64,000 nucleotides of DNA from Chamaesiphon sp. GL140_3_metabinner_129_sub (GTDB lineage: Bacteria > Cyanobacteriota > Cyanobacteriia > Cyanobacteriales > Chamaesiphonaceae). A program made the translations under genes and the position numbers. The notes below the pieces were generated by a model, which had not been told where the DNA came from, did no database searches, and saw nothing but the letters and a program-made list of their open reading frames with translations. Below, in pieces: positions 39,256-49,056 of this stretch. Position 1 is the stretch's first letter, and every line of letters begins with the position of its first letter. The stretch spans positions 3,635 to 67,634 of the forward strand of contig JANYIT010000353.1 of NCBI GenBank assembly GCA_025358725.1, given 5' to 3'.

Positions 39256-39585
39256 ATGGTTAAAATTAATTCGATTGAAGATATTCTCTACAAAGAAGGC
39301 GATATCATTCCACCACCACCACGGACTTATACGGAGGAAGAAGAACTACAAGATATCGAGGATGAGAAACTAATGGCTAGAGTTGACATGGAAGGGTGGC
39401 AATACGAGAGATCTTATCGCTACGAAGACTATGACGATTTGGGCGATATGCTTGCCGATGGCATCGATATCGATGATATTCCTGAGTCATATTACATAAA
39501 AGGAAATAAGCAGAAAACTAAGGTCAACCCTCTACCGAGTTTCCGTCGAGAACACGATTGCGAAGAAGATATCATTCACTTCTAA
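39256..39585 (+). CDS. highly acidic small protein
   Basis: D/E-rich; ends 9 bp before the large ORF. Confidence 0.6.
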   Translation: MVKINSIEDILYKEGDIIPPPPRTYTEEEELQDIEDEKLMARVDMEGWQYERSYRYEDYDDLGDMLADGIDIDDIPESYYIKGNKQKTKVNPLPSFRREHDCEEDIIHF

Positions 39586-39594
39586 CCTCCAACC

Positions 39595-42500
39595 ATGCCT
39601 ATGCTCCAGTTTCAAGAGTTTGACTTAAAGACTGGCAAAGACCTTACCGATTTCAACCCAGTAGGCAATCGAACGCCGAAAGTCAAACCGATCGAGAACT
39701 GTTATTTAGAAAAGTGGTTTCAAACCCATCGAATCGAGCCACAGGGTTTATATGTAGCTAACTTCTACAACGAGGTTAACGACGCAGATCGTTGTCGGTT
39801 GGAAGCTAGAGGGAAATATCTCATCTGCACCAGCGGTAAATCTGGCTACTTTACAGACCGAGAAACTGCCGATCTGATTGCAAAAGGTGACAAGAGCCGC
39901 AACATTAGACCGATTTATGCAGATGGCAAACGCAGTGCCCACAATGCCGTTGCTTATGGCTCGCTCGTCGTCAGCGACGGGAAAGCTGCAACGACAACCA
40001 AATCGGGCACTTCTCGGATTTTAATTATCGATGACGAGCCTAGATCTAGCGGTGCAGATCCACTCACAGACGGCGATGGGCACAAAATTCCAACCAAACA
40101 GTTAGAGGATCTCTATGACAAAATGGGCGATGGCACGATGTTGACTTCGACCAAACTCTTGCGCGGACTGTTACTCGATAAAGAGATCCTACTGGCTATA
40201 GATCGGGGTTTGCAGCAGAGTGAAGATAGTCTAGATGAAGATTTGGGTGACTTGGGGAATTGGGTCGATGAAGCGTTCGGCGATAGTTTAGATCCCGAAC
40301 TAGCCGGAAAGCTGCTTGAAGAATTTAAGCATACAGGCAGAATCTCTAATTATTATGTAGATCTGCAAACTGCTCAGACGATCGAGCGTAAAATCGATAG
40401 AATCGCCCGCAGTGCCGTAATCCAGTTCCGCGCAGCCACACCAGATTTACCTGGAATTGCCAAAGGGACGGTAGCTACTAGTTCCTGGTGCGAACGCTTG
40501 GGGGTAGATGCCATCGTCTCGACTAATGACATCAAGGGCGACGATGGCAGACTCAAGCAAACAGGAATCGTCGAACTAGAAAGTTTTTTATGGGTCAACC
40601 GGAAAATTAAAGCCGAATACTCCAATCAATCAGTGGGTGCCCAAGTCAAAGGCACGATTCCAGCGGCAACTCTTGAAGAACTCAATCAAATGATGGCGGC
40701 TAAAGCTGCCGAATTAGCCGAACTAGCTGTCGATAACTGGCAAGTAGCAGATCTATTCGTCGCCAAGGATGAAGCAAGGCGCGAGCGCGAGTTAATTATC
40801 GATACGCCCGAAGGCATCGATGGTGTGGACGATGACGAACCGCGTAACAATCGAGCCACACTTGCCAAACTGCTCGCAGCCGATAAATACGGACAGCTCA
40901 CCCAACTGCCAAATATCAGTCGTCAGCTTAACAAATCGCTCAGACGAGACAGGTTGGATGTAGCCACCAGTGGAATCGTCGTTCCTGCGGCGATCGCCCA
41001 GCACCACAGTAAGCTGGAACCTTGGGAGATCTGCAATCGCGACCTACCCCACGGGGCGATCGTCGCCTATTATCGATCGCCCTTTCCCAATGTCGGGGCG
41101 GCGGCAATAGCGATTAATAATCTGGAGGTTCTGCGCGATCGCGACCCCGAAGCCTTCGATAAACGTGGCGTGGTATATCTAAATCCCTGGACGGCAAAAC
41201 ACATCGCCATTACCGATTTTGATGGAGATCGCAATGGCTTCTTCGTTGGTTATCTACCAAAAGACAATCTCCCTCGTCAACTTCGCGACCGACTGAGCCA
41301 TTTACCGATTGAAGGTGGCGAACGGTATGAAGCAGGGAGGGAAGTTATTGCCCAAATAATTCTTCAGCCAGATTTAGAACGCGGGAAATTCCCGTTGGCA
41401 GTCAAAGAATTTATCGAAGCTAATGCGCCCGATCATAAGCCGTTACCGATTGCCAAAGCTAGAAAAGCAGACCATTTATGGCACGAAGGCGAACCGCTAA
41501 CTCAAGCCATTTGGCGAGCTTGGGATGTGACGGCGAATAACCCGACTGGTAAAGTTGCCAACCAGTCGATAATTTTACAATCTCTCGCTACCGAGACAGT
41601 TTATATCGAACCAAAGCGGAAGATCGGTTTACTCAAGCAAATTGGGGCAGCTTACAGTGAGATTCCGATTGAAGCGATTCCCAACGATGAGTATTTAATC
41701 GATCGGGGGTTGCCGCCGATGCAACTAGCAGAAAAGATCGAGAGCATCGTAAAGGCGAGTAGAGAAATCGACACGCAGCCGGATCGACTGGCATTTGCCA
41801 GTCGGAATTTGGGTAATGTCAATCGACTTCTCAAAAGCTATTGTGACAGTGCTGTAGCAAAAAATCTGCAAACTGCCGTCGATACAGCCAAAAGCAGCGT
41901 GGGGATCGACGAGACGATTCATGAGTTTGGGGAAAGTATTCAATACAAGTCTCACAAACTGCGCCAGAATGTCAAAAAGCCAGATATCTATCTGACTCGC
42001 GACCTACCGACAAATACCCAGGAGCCGATCGGGTGGGCGGTAGAAACTGCAAATCAATTTTACAATGGTGGGCACCAGCAGCCAGAACTACAGGAAGTCG
42101 AATTAGATAATGTCAATAAACGGTTTCGATCGCTTTTGCCAATTACCCATAACGATAATCAAAAGGTCGTTGTCGATGAGTTTGCCAAACAATATCGTAA
42201 TTGCACCAACGCGATCGGGCGCGTTAAAGAGCGGTTATATAAAGAACTACCTGAAGACCAACAACCGACACTCACGATCGTGTCCTGTAGCGGCAAGAGC
42301 ATCGTAGTTCAACGCTTATGTGATGCAGATATAGAGGGTAATTCACCAGTCTGGGATTTGGCTGATGGTGAGAGCGAGGCTAGATTCGAGATTTATCGCG
42401 ATTTCCCAAAGGGAACGCTGCTTGGTGAAACGCACGCCGAGGAGACCTCGGCGCGATTTCATCCGCTACGCGAACGAGAAAATGATGGTAAAGAGAATTA

Positions 42501-43950
42501 TGTGGTTTACCTTGCTGTAGGGGCAGACAATAACAAGCCAATTGGTTATGTCTCGCCAGAGTCTGCTCAAAACAATCAACTAGATAAATACCCGATCGAA
42601 GATATTGGCAGTACAAAAAGGTTGTCCATAAAGAAATCCACGATCGAATTCCATCCACCCTATGTCTTAGAAAATGATGTCGATCTGATTTTTGCCAGTG
42701 CAGATCGCGTCATCGATGAAATGAACGGTTTTATCCCCCCTGCCGAACGTCAGCAGTACGCTTCGGCAGCTTGGCACTCCAGTGCGGGGATGGGTATGGC
42801 TACTAAAGTCTTTACCGACGAAATCGTCAAACATTTAGATAACGTCCCGCCGATCGCGCTCAATCGTCCTACGGCAGCCGCATTAGAGTTACGAGATGGG
42901 GCGCAACTGGCAATTAGGTTCGAGCGGGACTTGCGGGTGAGTGCGATCTCGCCAGATGGCAGCGTCCGCGATTTGGGCTTGACTACTTACGGGGACTCAC
43001 CGCTGCTGGCTCCTGGCACGGTGGTAGCGGCTAAAATCGTGCGACCGCTAGACCCCAAAATCCACATCCACACCGAAATCGGAGAATTTGTCGTCAATCC
43101 GGCACCGACGATCGATCGGGTTCAGATTGAAGAGTTTACGGGTAGATTTGCGTTCGATCGTCGGGGGAAAGACATTGCCGTAGATTATCTCGGTTCTGGC
43201 GGACGGCGCATTCCGATTGGAGTACTGGGCAGAGAGTTAATCAATAAGGAGTCTAAAGCTAACCTCAATAGTGGCAGTCATTTACTCAAAGGCACGTTAT
43301 CGCGGGGCTTGAGCGAGAAGATCTTAGAAATTCAAGTCCTCGATCTTATCGAGCATCAACCTGTCGCCAGGATCGATCTTGGCGAACTCATTCCACTGTC
43401 ACAGCAATCTGCTTCGGTGGAACTGCACGAGTCAGCTTTGTCCTACCAACACTACTATCCGACTGCTGGAGAACTGCGGCAGCTTTATATTGCTGCCGAG
43501 CTAGCTGAAGACATTGCAAAAATGGCAGAACTAAAAAGCTTGGGAACGCTGCTCAATGACGTTTATCCCGATGGCGATCGCGCACCAGATGATTTTTCTC
43601 ATTGGGTTGTGGAAATTCCGGTGCCTGAAGATCTTTATCATCCCAGTGCCGGAGAATTGCGGATGGCTTATGCTTACAAATCTAACTTAGGGAAAACAGA
43701 AGATTTAGACAGAATTACAGAGTTAGGAAATGCTCTAAATCTGGCTTATCCAGAAGGAAACCGCGCACCAGATGACTTTTGTAGTCCAAAAGTGGGTATA
43801 ACTACGAGTGAAAAGCAATCGATAGAGATCGAGGTAAGACAATATATATCACCAGATCGAGAACCTACTGTAATCGTACCAATTAACAATGCAAAGAACT
43901 ATGTAGTAATAGAATGCTCGCAAACTGAAAATGTCGATCGATCGATTTGA
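39595..43950 (+). CDS. single-subunit two-barrel RNA polymerase-like protein (RdRP/YonO-like)
   Basis: Ordered motifs GDG, QFR...AKG, YRSP and DFDGD (41215-41229). Confidence 0.75.
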   Translation: MPMLQFQEFDLKTGKDLTDFNPVGNRTPKVKPIENCYLEKWFQTHRIEPQGLYVANFYNEVNDADRCRLEARGKYLICTSGKSGYFTDRETADLIAKGDKSRNIRPIYADGKRSAHNAVAYGSLVVSDGKAATTTKSGTSRILIIDDEPRSSGADPLTDGDGHKIPTKQLEDLYDKMGDGTMLTSTKLLRGLLLDKEILLAIDRGLQQSEDSLDEDLGDLGNWVDEAFGDSLDPELAGKLLEEFKHTGRISNYYVDLQTAQTIERKIDRIARSAVIQFRAATPDLPGIAKGTVATSSWCERLGVDAIVSTNDIKGDDGRLKQTGIVELESFLWVNRKIKAEYSNQSVGAQVKGTIPAATLEELNQMMAAKAAELAELAVDNWQVADLFVAKDEARRERELIIDTPEGIDGVDDDEPRNNRATLAKLLAADKYGQLTQLPNISRQLNKSLRRDRLDVATSGIVVPAAIAQHHSKLEPWEICNRDLPHGAIVAYYRSPFPNVGAAAIAINNLEVLRDRDPEAFDKRGVVYLNPWTAKHIAITDFDGDRNGFFVGYLPKDNLPRQLRDRLSHLPIEGGERYEAGREVIAQIILQPDLERGKFPLAVKEFIEANAPDHKPLPIAKARKADHLWHEGEPLTQAIWRAWDVTANNPTGKVANQSIILQSLATETVYIEPKRKIGLLKQIGAAYSEIPIEAIPNDEYLIDRGLPPMQLAEKIESIVKASREIDTQPDRLAFASRNLGNVNRLLKSYCDSAVAKNLQTAVDTAKSSVGIDETIHEFGESIQYKSHKLRQNVKKPDIYLTRDLPTNTQEPIGWAVETANQFYNGGHQQPELQEVELDNVNKRFRSLLPITHNDNQKVVVDEFAKQYRNCTNAIGRVKERLYKELPEDQQPTLTIVSCSGKSIVVQRLCDADIEGNSPVWDLADGESEARFEIYRDFPKGTLLGETHAEETSARFHPLRERENDGKENYVVYLAVGADNNKPIGYVSPESAQNNQLDKYPIEDIGSTKRLSIKKSTIEFHPPYVLENDVDLIFASADRVIDEMNGFIPPAERQQYASAAWHSSAGMGMATKVFTDEIVKHLDNVPPIALNRPTAAALELRDGAQLAIRFERDLRVSAISPDGSVRDLGLTTYGDSPLLAPGTVVAAKIVRPLDPKIHIHTEIGEFVVNPAPTIDRVQIEEFTGRFAFDRRGKDIAVDYLGSGGRRIPIGVLGRELINKESKANLNSGSHLLKGTLSRGLSEKILEIQVLDLIEHQPVARIDLGELIPLSQQSASVELHESALSYQHYYPTAGELRQLYIAAELAEDIAKMAELKSLGTLLNDVYPDGDRAPDDFSHWVVEIPVPEDLYHPSAGELRMAYAYKSNLGKTEDLDRITELGNALNLAYPEGNRAPDDFCSPKVGITTSEKQSIEIEVRQYISPDREPTVIVPINNAKNYVVIECSQTENVDRSI
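42403..42474. repeat. nested small dispersed repeats inserted in frame
   Basis: 24-bp element plus 48-bp hairpin element; removal regenerates GCGATCG. Confidence 0.65.
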
Positions 43951-44159
43951 AGTATTAGATCGCCTTGAATATCAAGTTGTTATGTATGAACTGGCGCATA
44001 GATCGCGGGTTCTCAGTGACACCTTCCTGGTATTCCATCGGGCGTTTCTTGAGCTTTACGGAGGATACGATCCACCGCCCAATGTTAATTACTTTTGCTG
44101 TATTAGCTACTATCGGCTTCACCAAAGAGGCACTTGTAAACATTGGAAGGGCCTAACAT

Positions 44160-45317
44160 TTATCTGTATAAATCTTGCAAGGCAAATATTGTTTTCTCTG
44201 TTTGCCTTGGAATTACTCGCTCATTGCTGGACGAGGCACCCGCTTCACTCCATAAATGCCCATACTGTGCTAAAAAAGATGCTTGTTCTGAAATCCAGCT
44301 ACAGGGTAATTCAGCAATCTTCATGTCGATCCCGCCCTCATTTAGAGCATTAATCAAGCGTTCTGGATCAGCTTTTTTCTGCCACTGAGCGACCAGCGAG
44401 AAAAATGTTGGTAAAATGCCCTCGGCCTCAAATGGCATCGGTACCGTTAAACCGATTTCATTTAGAGCAGTCACTATTTTCAATCGATTTTCCTGATGAG
44501 CTTGTAGCTCCGCTAATGATGACTCGAAGGTGGCATCAGCGATCGTGGCTGCTAATGGGTGGATGCGTCCGTTGATCCCGAATTGATTAGAGAAATTAAA
44601 GCCAAGAGTTATTCGTTGACGATCTGGATGTTGCGTAAGAAAAATTAGTTTTTGATACAGCAGTTCGTCATCGGTAATGACTGCGCCTCCCTCTCCTGCC
44701 ATTAGCGACTTACCAACTGTTAGAGACACGACGATCGCATCGGCTAGGCAGCTTGCGGGCATACCAGATCTCATTCCACCGAAGCTCTGAGCAGCATCAG
44801 CAATATAAAACAGTCCAAATTCATCAGCAATTTCTCGTAATGCAACTGTATGAGAAGGATTCCCAAAAATATCTACTGCAACGATCGCCTTGGTGTGAGT
44901 TGAGATCGATTGACGCACCGCATCAGGGCATAAGGTCTGAGTTAATGGCTCAAGTACATTGATAAATTGAGGACGATTGTTCAATAGCAAAAAACCCGCT
45001 AGAGTTGCCCCATAACTTAACGGAGTGGTAATAAAGGATGTATCCTTTAAATCCAGAGCTAGGGCGATCGCCAAGAGCGCAGTGGTCGCACTAGAAAAGC
45101 AGAGCGCGAACTTTTTGTCATAATGGGCGGCAAGTTTCGCCTCCAAACTGGCAACAGCTCCTGTACCGTTGATATGGCTACGCCAGAGTTCGGGAGAGAC
45201 TGCCGCCGCTCGAAGAAACTCGGCAACAGCAGTTTGGGCAATCTCTACGGAAGTTAATTGAGTGGGATTAGAGATTTGCATGGGGCTTGAGTTGGGCGAT
45301 CCGTTTTTGTAATTCAT
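44160..45317 (-). CDS. DegT/DnrJ/EryC1/StrS PLP aminotransferase
   Basis: SSATTAL, TKAIVAVDIFG, DAAQSFG, S...GK.L.AGEGG. Confidence 0.9.
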   Translation of the reverse strand: MNYKNGSPNSSPMQISNPTQLTSVEIAQTAVAEFLRAAAVSPELWRSHINGTGAVASLEAKLAAHYDKKFALCFSSATTALLAIALALDLKDTSFITTPLSYGATLAGFLLLNNRPQFINVLEPLTQTLCPDAVRQSISTHTKAIVAVDIFGNPSHTVALREIADEFGLFYIADAAQSFGGMRSGMPASCLADAIVVSLTVGKSLMAGEGGAVITDDELLYQKLIFLTQHPDRQRITLGFNFSNQFGINGRIHPLAATIADATFESSLAELQAHQENRLKIVTALNEIGLTVPMPFEAEGILPTFFSLVAQWQKKADPERLINALNEGGIDMKIAELPCSWISEQASFLAQYGHLWSEAGASSSNERVIPRQTEKTIFALQDLYR

Positions 45318-45825
45318 TGCGATCTATATCGCCAGTCTGCCGATCGACGAGTCCTTCCAGGTGAGGCGGAAAGGGATAGGTAGCCAGACAATCAGACCAG
45401 GGTAGAAAGCTTTTACTGGTGCAGACAGAGATCGCCAGAAGGTCGCTGTAGATAGCAGAATCTCGATCGCCAGAGATAATACAGTCTTTGGCGGCACTGA
45501 GGATGGCTTGCGGATCGAGCTTACCGTAAGCGAGTAAGGCGTTACTGAGTGAAGATCTGATGTGGCGAGCATTTGCACCGATTTTGTAAAAGATCTTCGC
45601 CGCTGCTACTATATCTGGATCGCCTTGGTCTAATTCTGCAAGATTGCAGTCTACTTTCCGAGACGTAGCAATGATAATAGCTGGATAGTCTGGTTCCAAG
45701 GGTTGAATTACAGGGATGAGAATGAATCTAGATAGCAGGGCACTACCAAGCTGATCTGGGCAATTTGTAGTGGCAATAAACAGGGATTTTCCGCGACGAG
45801 ATTCATCTGATAAACCGCTCAAGCT
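45268..45825 (-). pseudogene. C-terminal remnant of an AAA+ ATPase
   Basis: IATTNCPDQL..AL.SRF present; Walker A/B missing. Confidence 0.7.
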
Positions 45826-46395
45826 CACCCGATCGATCTCGATACAGACCCTCGTACCGCCCACTGGAAAGAGTTATATCGCCAGTTAGGGGTCAATCCC
45901 AACAAATTCCCACCCGCACATTGTAACTTACTCAAGCGGGTGCAAAAGCCCGATGCTACGTTGCCCATTATCAACAAAGTAGTTGCCATCATGAACATCA
46001 ACTCGATCGATGGCAAAATCCCCGTCGGCGGCGACGATCTGGCTCTGATTGGCTCTCAACTCGAATTGCGCTATGCCGATGGTAGCGAAAGTTTTACGCC
46101 GCTGGGTGCGAATGCTGCGCTCGAACACCCCGATCCTGGCGAAGTAATCTACGTTTGTGCCGACAAGGGTGAGGTGATGTGTCGTCGCTGGATCTGGCGC
46201 AATTCCAGCATCACTGCTATTACCGAGCAGACGCGGACGATCGCGATCAATATCGATGGTTTGGTTACAGACTGCCAATCTACAGTAATTAACGTCCGCG
46301 ATCGAATCGCCCAAATGCTATCCCAATACTGTGGTGCGTCAACCTCTACCGCTCTGCTCGATATCAATAACCCCACGTTCGAGTTTTTCGCCTAA
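45814..46395 (+). pseudogene. B3/4 tRNA-editing-domain protein, 5'-truncated
   Basis: W..LYRQLG.NP.KFPP...L.KR; IN..V.I.N..S; P.G..D; GEV.Y; CRRW.WR. Frame open from 45814 with no start codon upstream of the conserved region. Confidence 0.75.
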
Positions 46396-46421
46396 CCCAT
46401 CACCATCTCACTCATTGGAGC

Positions 46422-47552
46422 TAGGACTTACGCATTGACGGAGTGGTAGAATAGTGCATTGAGGGAAAGTGTAGTTTTTGAATATAGGTGTCAGACAATT
46501 AGAGAACTGAGCAGACCATCCACAGCACAATGTAATCTGGACAAATATGTTCTATTCCTGTTGTCAGAACCTAAACAGGGAGGGTGCTGTAGATTATCAG
46601 AGCTATTGTCAGAGGCATCTCATGACAGTGTGAATCGATTTTTGCTGAGGGAACGATATGAAGCAAAAGATTTGTTTGAGACATGCAAGAACACAATTAA
46701 TTTACTCGGAGGAATTTTAAGTGTTGATGACACGGTAATCGAAAAATTGTACAGCAATCCAAAGAAAGCCGAATTAATAAGCTATTTTTGGTCTGGGAAA
46801 TATCATAAAACGATTAAGGGTGTAAATTTAATTACACTATACTATAGTGATGTTGATGGCAAATCGATGCCAGTAAATTACAGAATTTATGATAAGGAGG
46901 ATGCGAAAACAAAAAACGATTATTTTCGGGAAATGGTAGTGGAAGTAATAAATTGGGGATTAAAGCCGAGAATAGTTACAGGAGATAGTTGGTATTCAGG
47001 AGTAGAAAATCTCAAATTTCTAAAAGACCAGAAATTAGGTTTTTTATTCGGAGTTGAAAAGAACAGAACTGTATCAAACGAGGCTAAGAAATACAAGCAG
47101 GTAAATAGCTTGGATATCCCAGAGTCAGTATTATTAACCCACTTGAGAAAATTTGGATTTATAAAATTGTATAGGAAAGACTTCAAGAACGAAGGCTCTA
47201 GACACTATATTTTATACTTACCAGATGAGGATGATCTCAAAAAAATTGAGCGAGAAGAGTTTGTCAGAATTCATGATACTCATTGGGGAATTGAATGTTT
47301 CCATAGAGCAATTAAACAAGTATGTGGGATCTGCCGATTTATGGTTAGAGATAGTCAGGCAATTAAAACGCATGTCTTCTGTTCTCTGCAAGCATTTGTT
47401 CGATTAGAAAAGATGAGAGTTGAGAAAAGTATTGCGAACTGGTATGAAGTACAAAAAAATTTATTTACATCTGTTGTCCGTGAATATATTGTAAATAATC
47501 TTGCCAGTACGTAAAATCACAACGCGATCGTTTTGTCAATGCGTAAGTCCTA
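46422..47552 (+). mobile_element. IS701-family element
   Basis: TIRs TAGGACTTACGCATTGAC / GTCAATGCGTAAGTCCTA; 5-bp duplication GGAGC. Confidence 0.92.
46459..47514 (+). CDS. IS701-family transposase
   Basis: SHDSVNRFL, DDT, DSWY, HW.IE.FHR.IKQ. Confidence 0.92.
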   Translation: MRESVVFEYRCQTIRELSRPSTAQCNLDKYVLFLLSEPKQGGCCRLSELLSEASHDSVNRFLLRERYEAKDLFETCKNTINLLGGILSVDDTVIEKLYSNPKKAELISYFWSGKYHKTIKGVNLITLYYSDVDGKSMPVNYRIYDKEDAKTKNDYFREMVVEVINWGLKPRIVTGDSWYSGVENLKFLKDQKLGFLFGVEKNRTVSNEAKKYKQVNSLDIPESVLLTHLRKFGFIKLYRKDFKNEGSRHYILYLPDEDDLKKIEREEFVRIHDTHWGIECFHRAIKQVCGICRFMVRDSQAIKTHVFCSLQAFVRLEKMRVEKSIANWYEVQKNLFTSVVREYIVNNLAST

Positions 47553-47566
47553 GGAGCCATTAAATT

Positions 47567-48844
47567 ATGTCTGGTCTCAATATTCTCTCAGAACTTGAAG
47601 CTAGAGGTGCGATCGCTAGTATTACCGATCGCGATGCCGTCGAACTACTGCTACAGAAACCTGTTACATTCTACGCGGGGTTTGACCCGACGGCAAACAG
47701 TCTCCACGTTGGCAACTTAGCCGTAATTATGTTGCTAGCGCGACTGCAACGAGCCGGACATCAACCGATTGCCGTAGTCGGTGGAGCAACGGGATCGATA
47801 GGCGACCCCAGCGGCAGATCGACCGAACGCCAGTTATTGAGTCAAGAAACGATCGCAGCTAATTCCGAGTGCCTCAAACGCCAGCTCGCCTCATTCCTCT
47901 CGTTTGAAGGCGAGAATGCCGCCATCATGGTTAATAATGCCGATTGGACGAAGGATATTACCTTCCTCGACTTCCTACGCGAGATCGGCAAGCATGTCTC
48001 CGTTAACGAACTGCTCGGTAAAGAGTCGGTCAAACGGCGATTGGCCGACGGTGGTATATCCTTCACCGAATTTAGCTACTCGCTTTTGCAAGCTTTGGAT
48101 TTCTACCAGCTCTACTTGCAGCACGATTGCCTAATTCAAGTTGGTGGTAACGACCAACTCGGCAATATCGTCGCTGGCATCGACCTGATCCGTCGTAAAT
48201 GTGGGGGCGAGGCTTACGGATTGACGATTCCCCTGATTGTCAATGCCAATGGCGAGAAATTTGGCAAGTCGGCAGGTAATGCTATCTGGTTAGATCCCAA
48301 TAAGACCAGCGATTATGAGTTCTATCAATTCTGGGTACAGACCGACGATCGCGATGTGGAGCGTTACCTGAAGCTATTTACTTTTCTGTCGATCGTCCAA
48401 ATTAAGGAAATTTTCGATCGCCATCGGGCACACCCAGAGCAACGCGAAGCTCAAAAAATTCTTGCCTCAGAAGTGACGACCATCGTGCGCGGACAAGAGG
48501 GCTTGAAGCGAGCGTTACAGGCAACACGAGTATTATTTGGCGAATCGATCGCCGATCTTAATGCTACCGATATCCTCAATATTTTCCAAGACGTGCCAGC
48601 AACAGATTTATCACGCTCTTGCTTGAGCGATACTTTTACAATCGTCGATCTGCTGATTGCCACTGGAGCTTGCGCCTCTCGCGGAGAAGGTCGTCGGTTA
48701 ATCGAAAATCGAGGGGTTAATCTGAATAATGCTCTCGTTACTAGTAGCGATTTAGCGATCGAGTGCAATTTGCTTGTCTCGGACAGCTTACTGCTGCTGC
48801 GTACTGGCAAGAAGAATCATCGATTGGTGCGATTCGATCGCTAA
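47567..48844 (+). CDS. tyrS: tyrosyl-tRNA synthetase
   Basis: Y.GFDPTA.SLHVGN, GG.DQ.GNI, KFGKS, C-terminal S4-like domain. Confidence 0.97.
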   Translation: MSGLNILSELEARGAIASITDRDAVELLLQKPVTFYAGFDPTANSLHVGNLAVIMLLARLQRAGHQPIAVVGGATGSIGDPSGRSTERQLLSQETIAANSECLKRQLASFLSFEGENAAIMVNNADWTKDITFLDFLREIGKHVSVNELLGKESVKRRLADGGISFTEFSYSLLQALDFYQLYLQHDCLIQVGGNDQLGNIVAGIDLIRRKCGGEAYGLTIPLIVNANGEKFGKSAGNAIWLDPNKTSDYEFYQFWVQTDDRDVERYLKLFTFLSIVQIKEIFDRHRAHPEQREAQKILASEVTTIVRGQEGLKRALQATRVLFGESIADLNATDILNIFQDVPATDLSRSCLSDTFTIVDLLIATGACASRGEGRRLIENRGVNLNNALVTSSDLAIECNLLVSDSLLLLRTGKKNHRLVRFDR

Positions 48845-49056
48845 TCTTGCCGATCGAAATCATCAGATTCGATTGACAATAATTGATTCCTCCTGTTCAG
48901 GGGGATTTTTAGTTGGTAATCGCCACCGACGATTGCAGTCAGCTATACGATCGTGTCGAGGGGAACTCGAATGCAAATTAGTCAGGACAACACGCAAATT
49001 GTACTTCAATAGAAATAGCTGAAGCTTGCTACTCACAATAAAACGAAGGCTCAAAG

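Noticed and set aside
39595-43950. Ordinary rpoC1/beta-prime subunit
   Set aside because: Lacks the NADFDGD context and zinc finger, and there are no rpoB/rpoC2 neighbours.
43931-44388. Short + strand ORFs after the polymerase
   Set aside because: They overlap real genes or have no recognisable motif. 43965-44156 may be a gene fragment but cannot be assigned.
46421-47553. CTAG as the IS701 target duplication
   Set aside because: The flanking GGAGC direct repeat outside TAGGAC/GTCCTA fits better.
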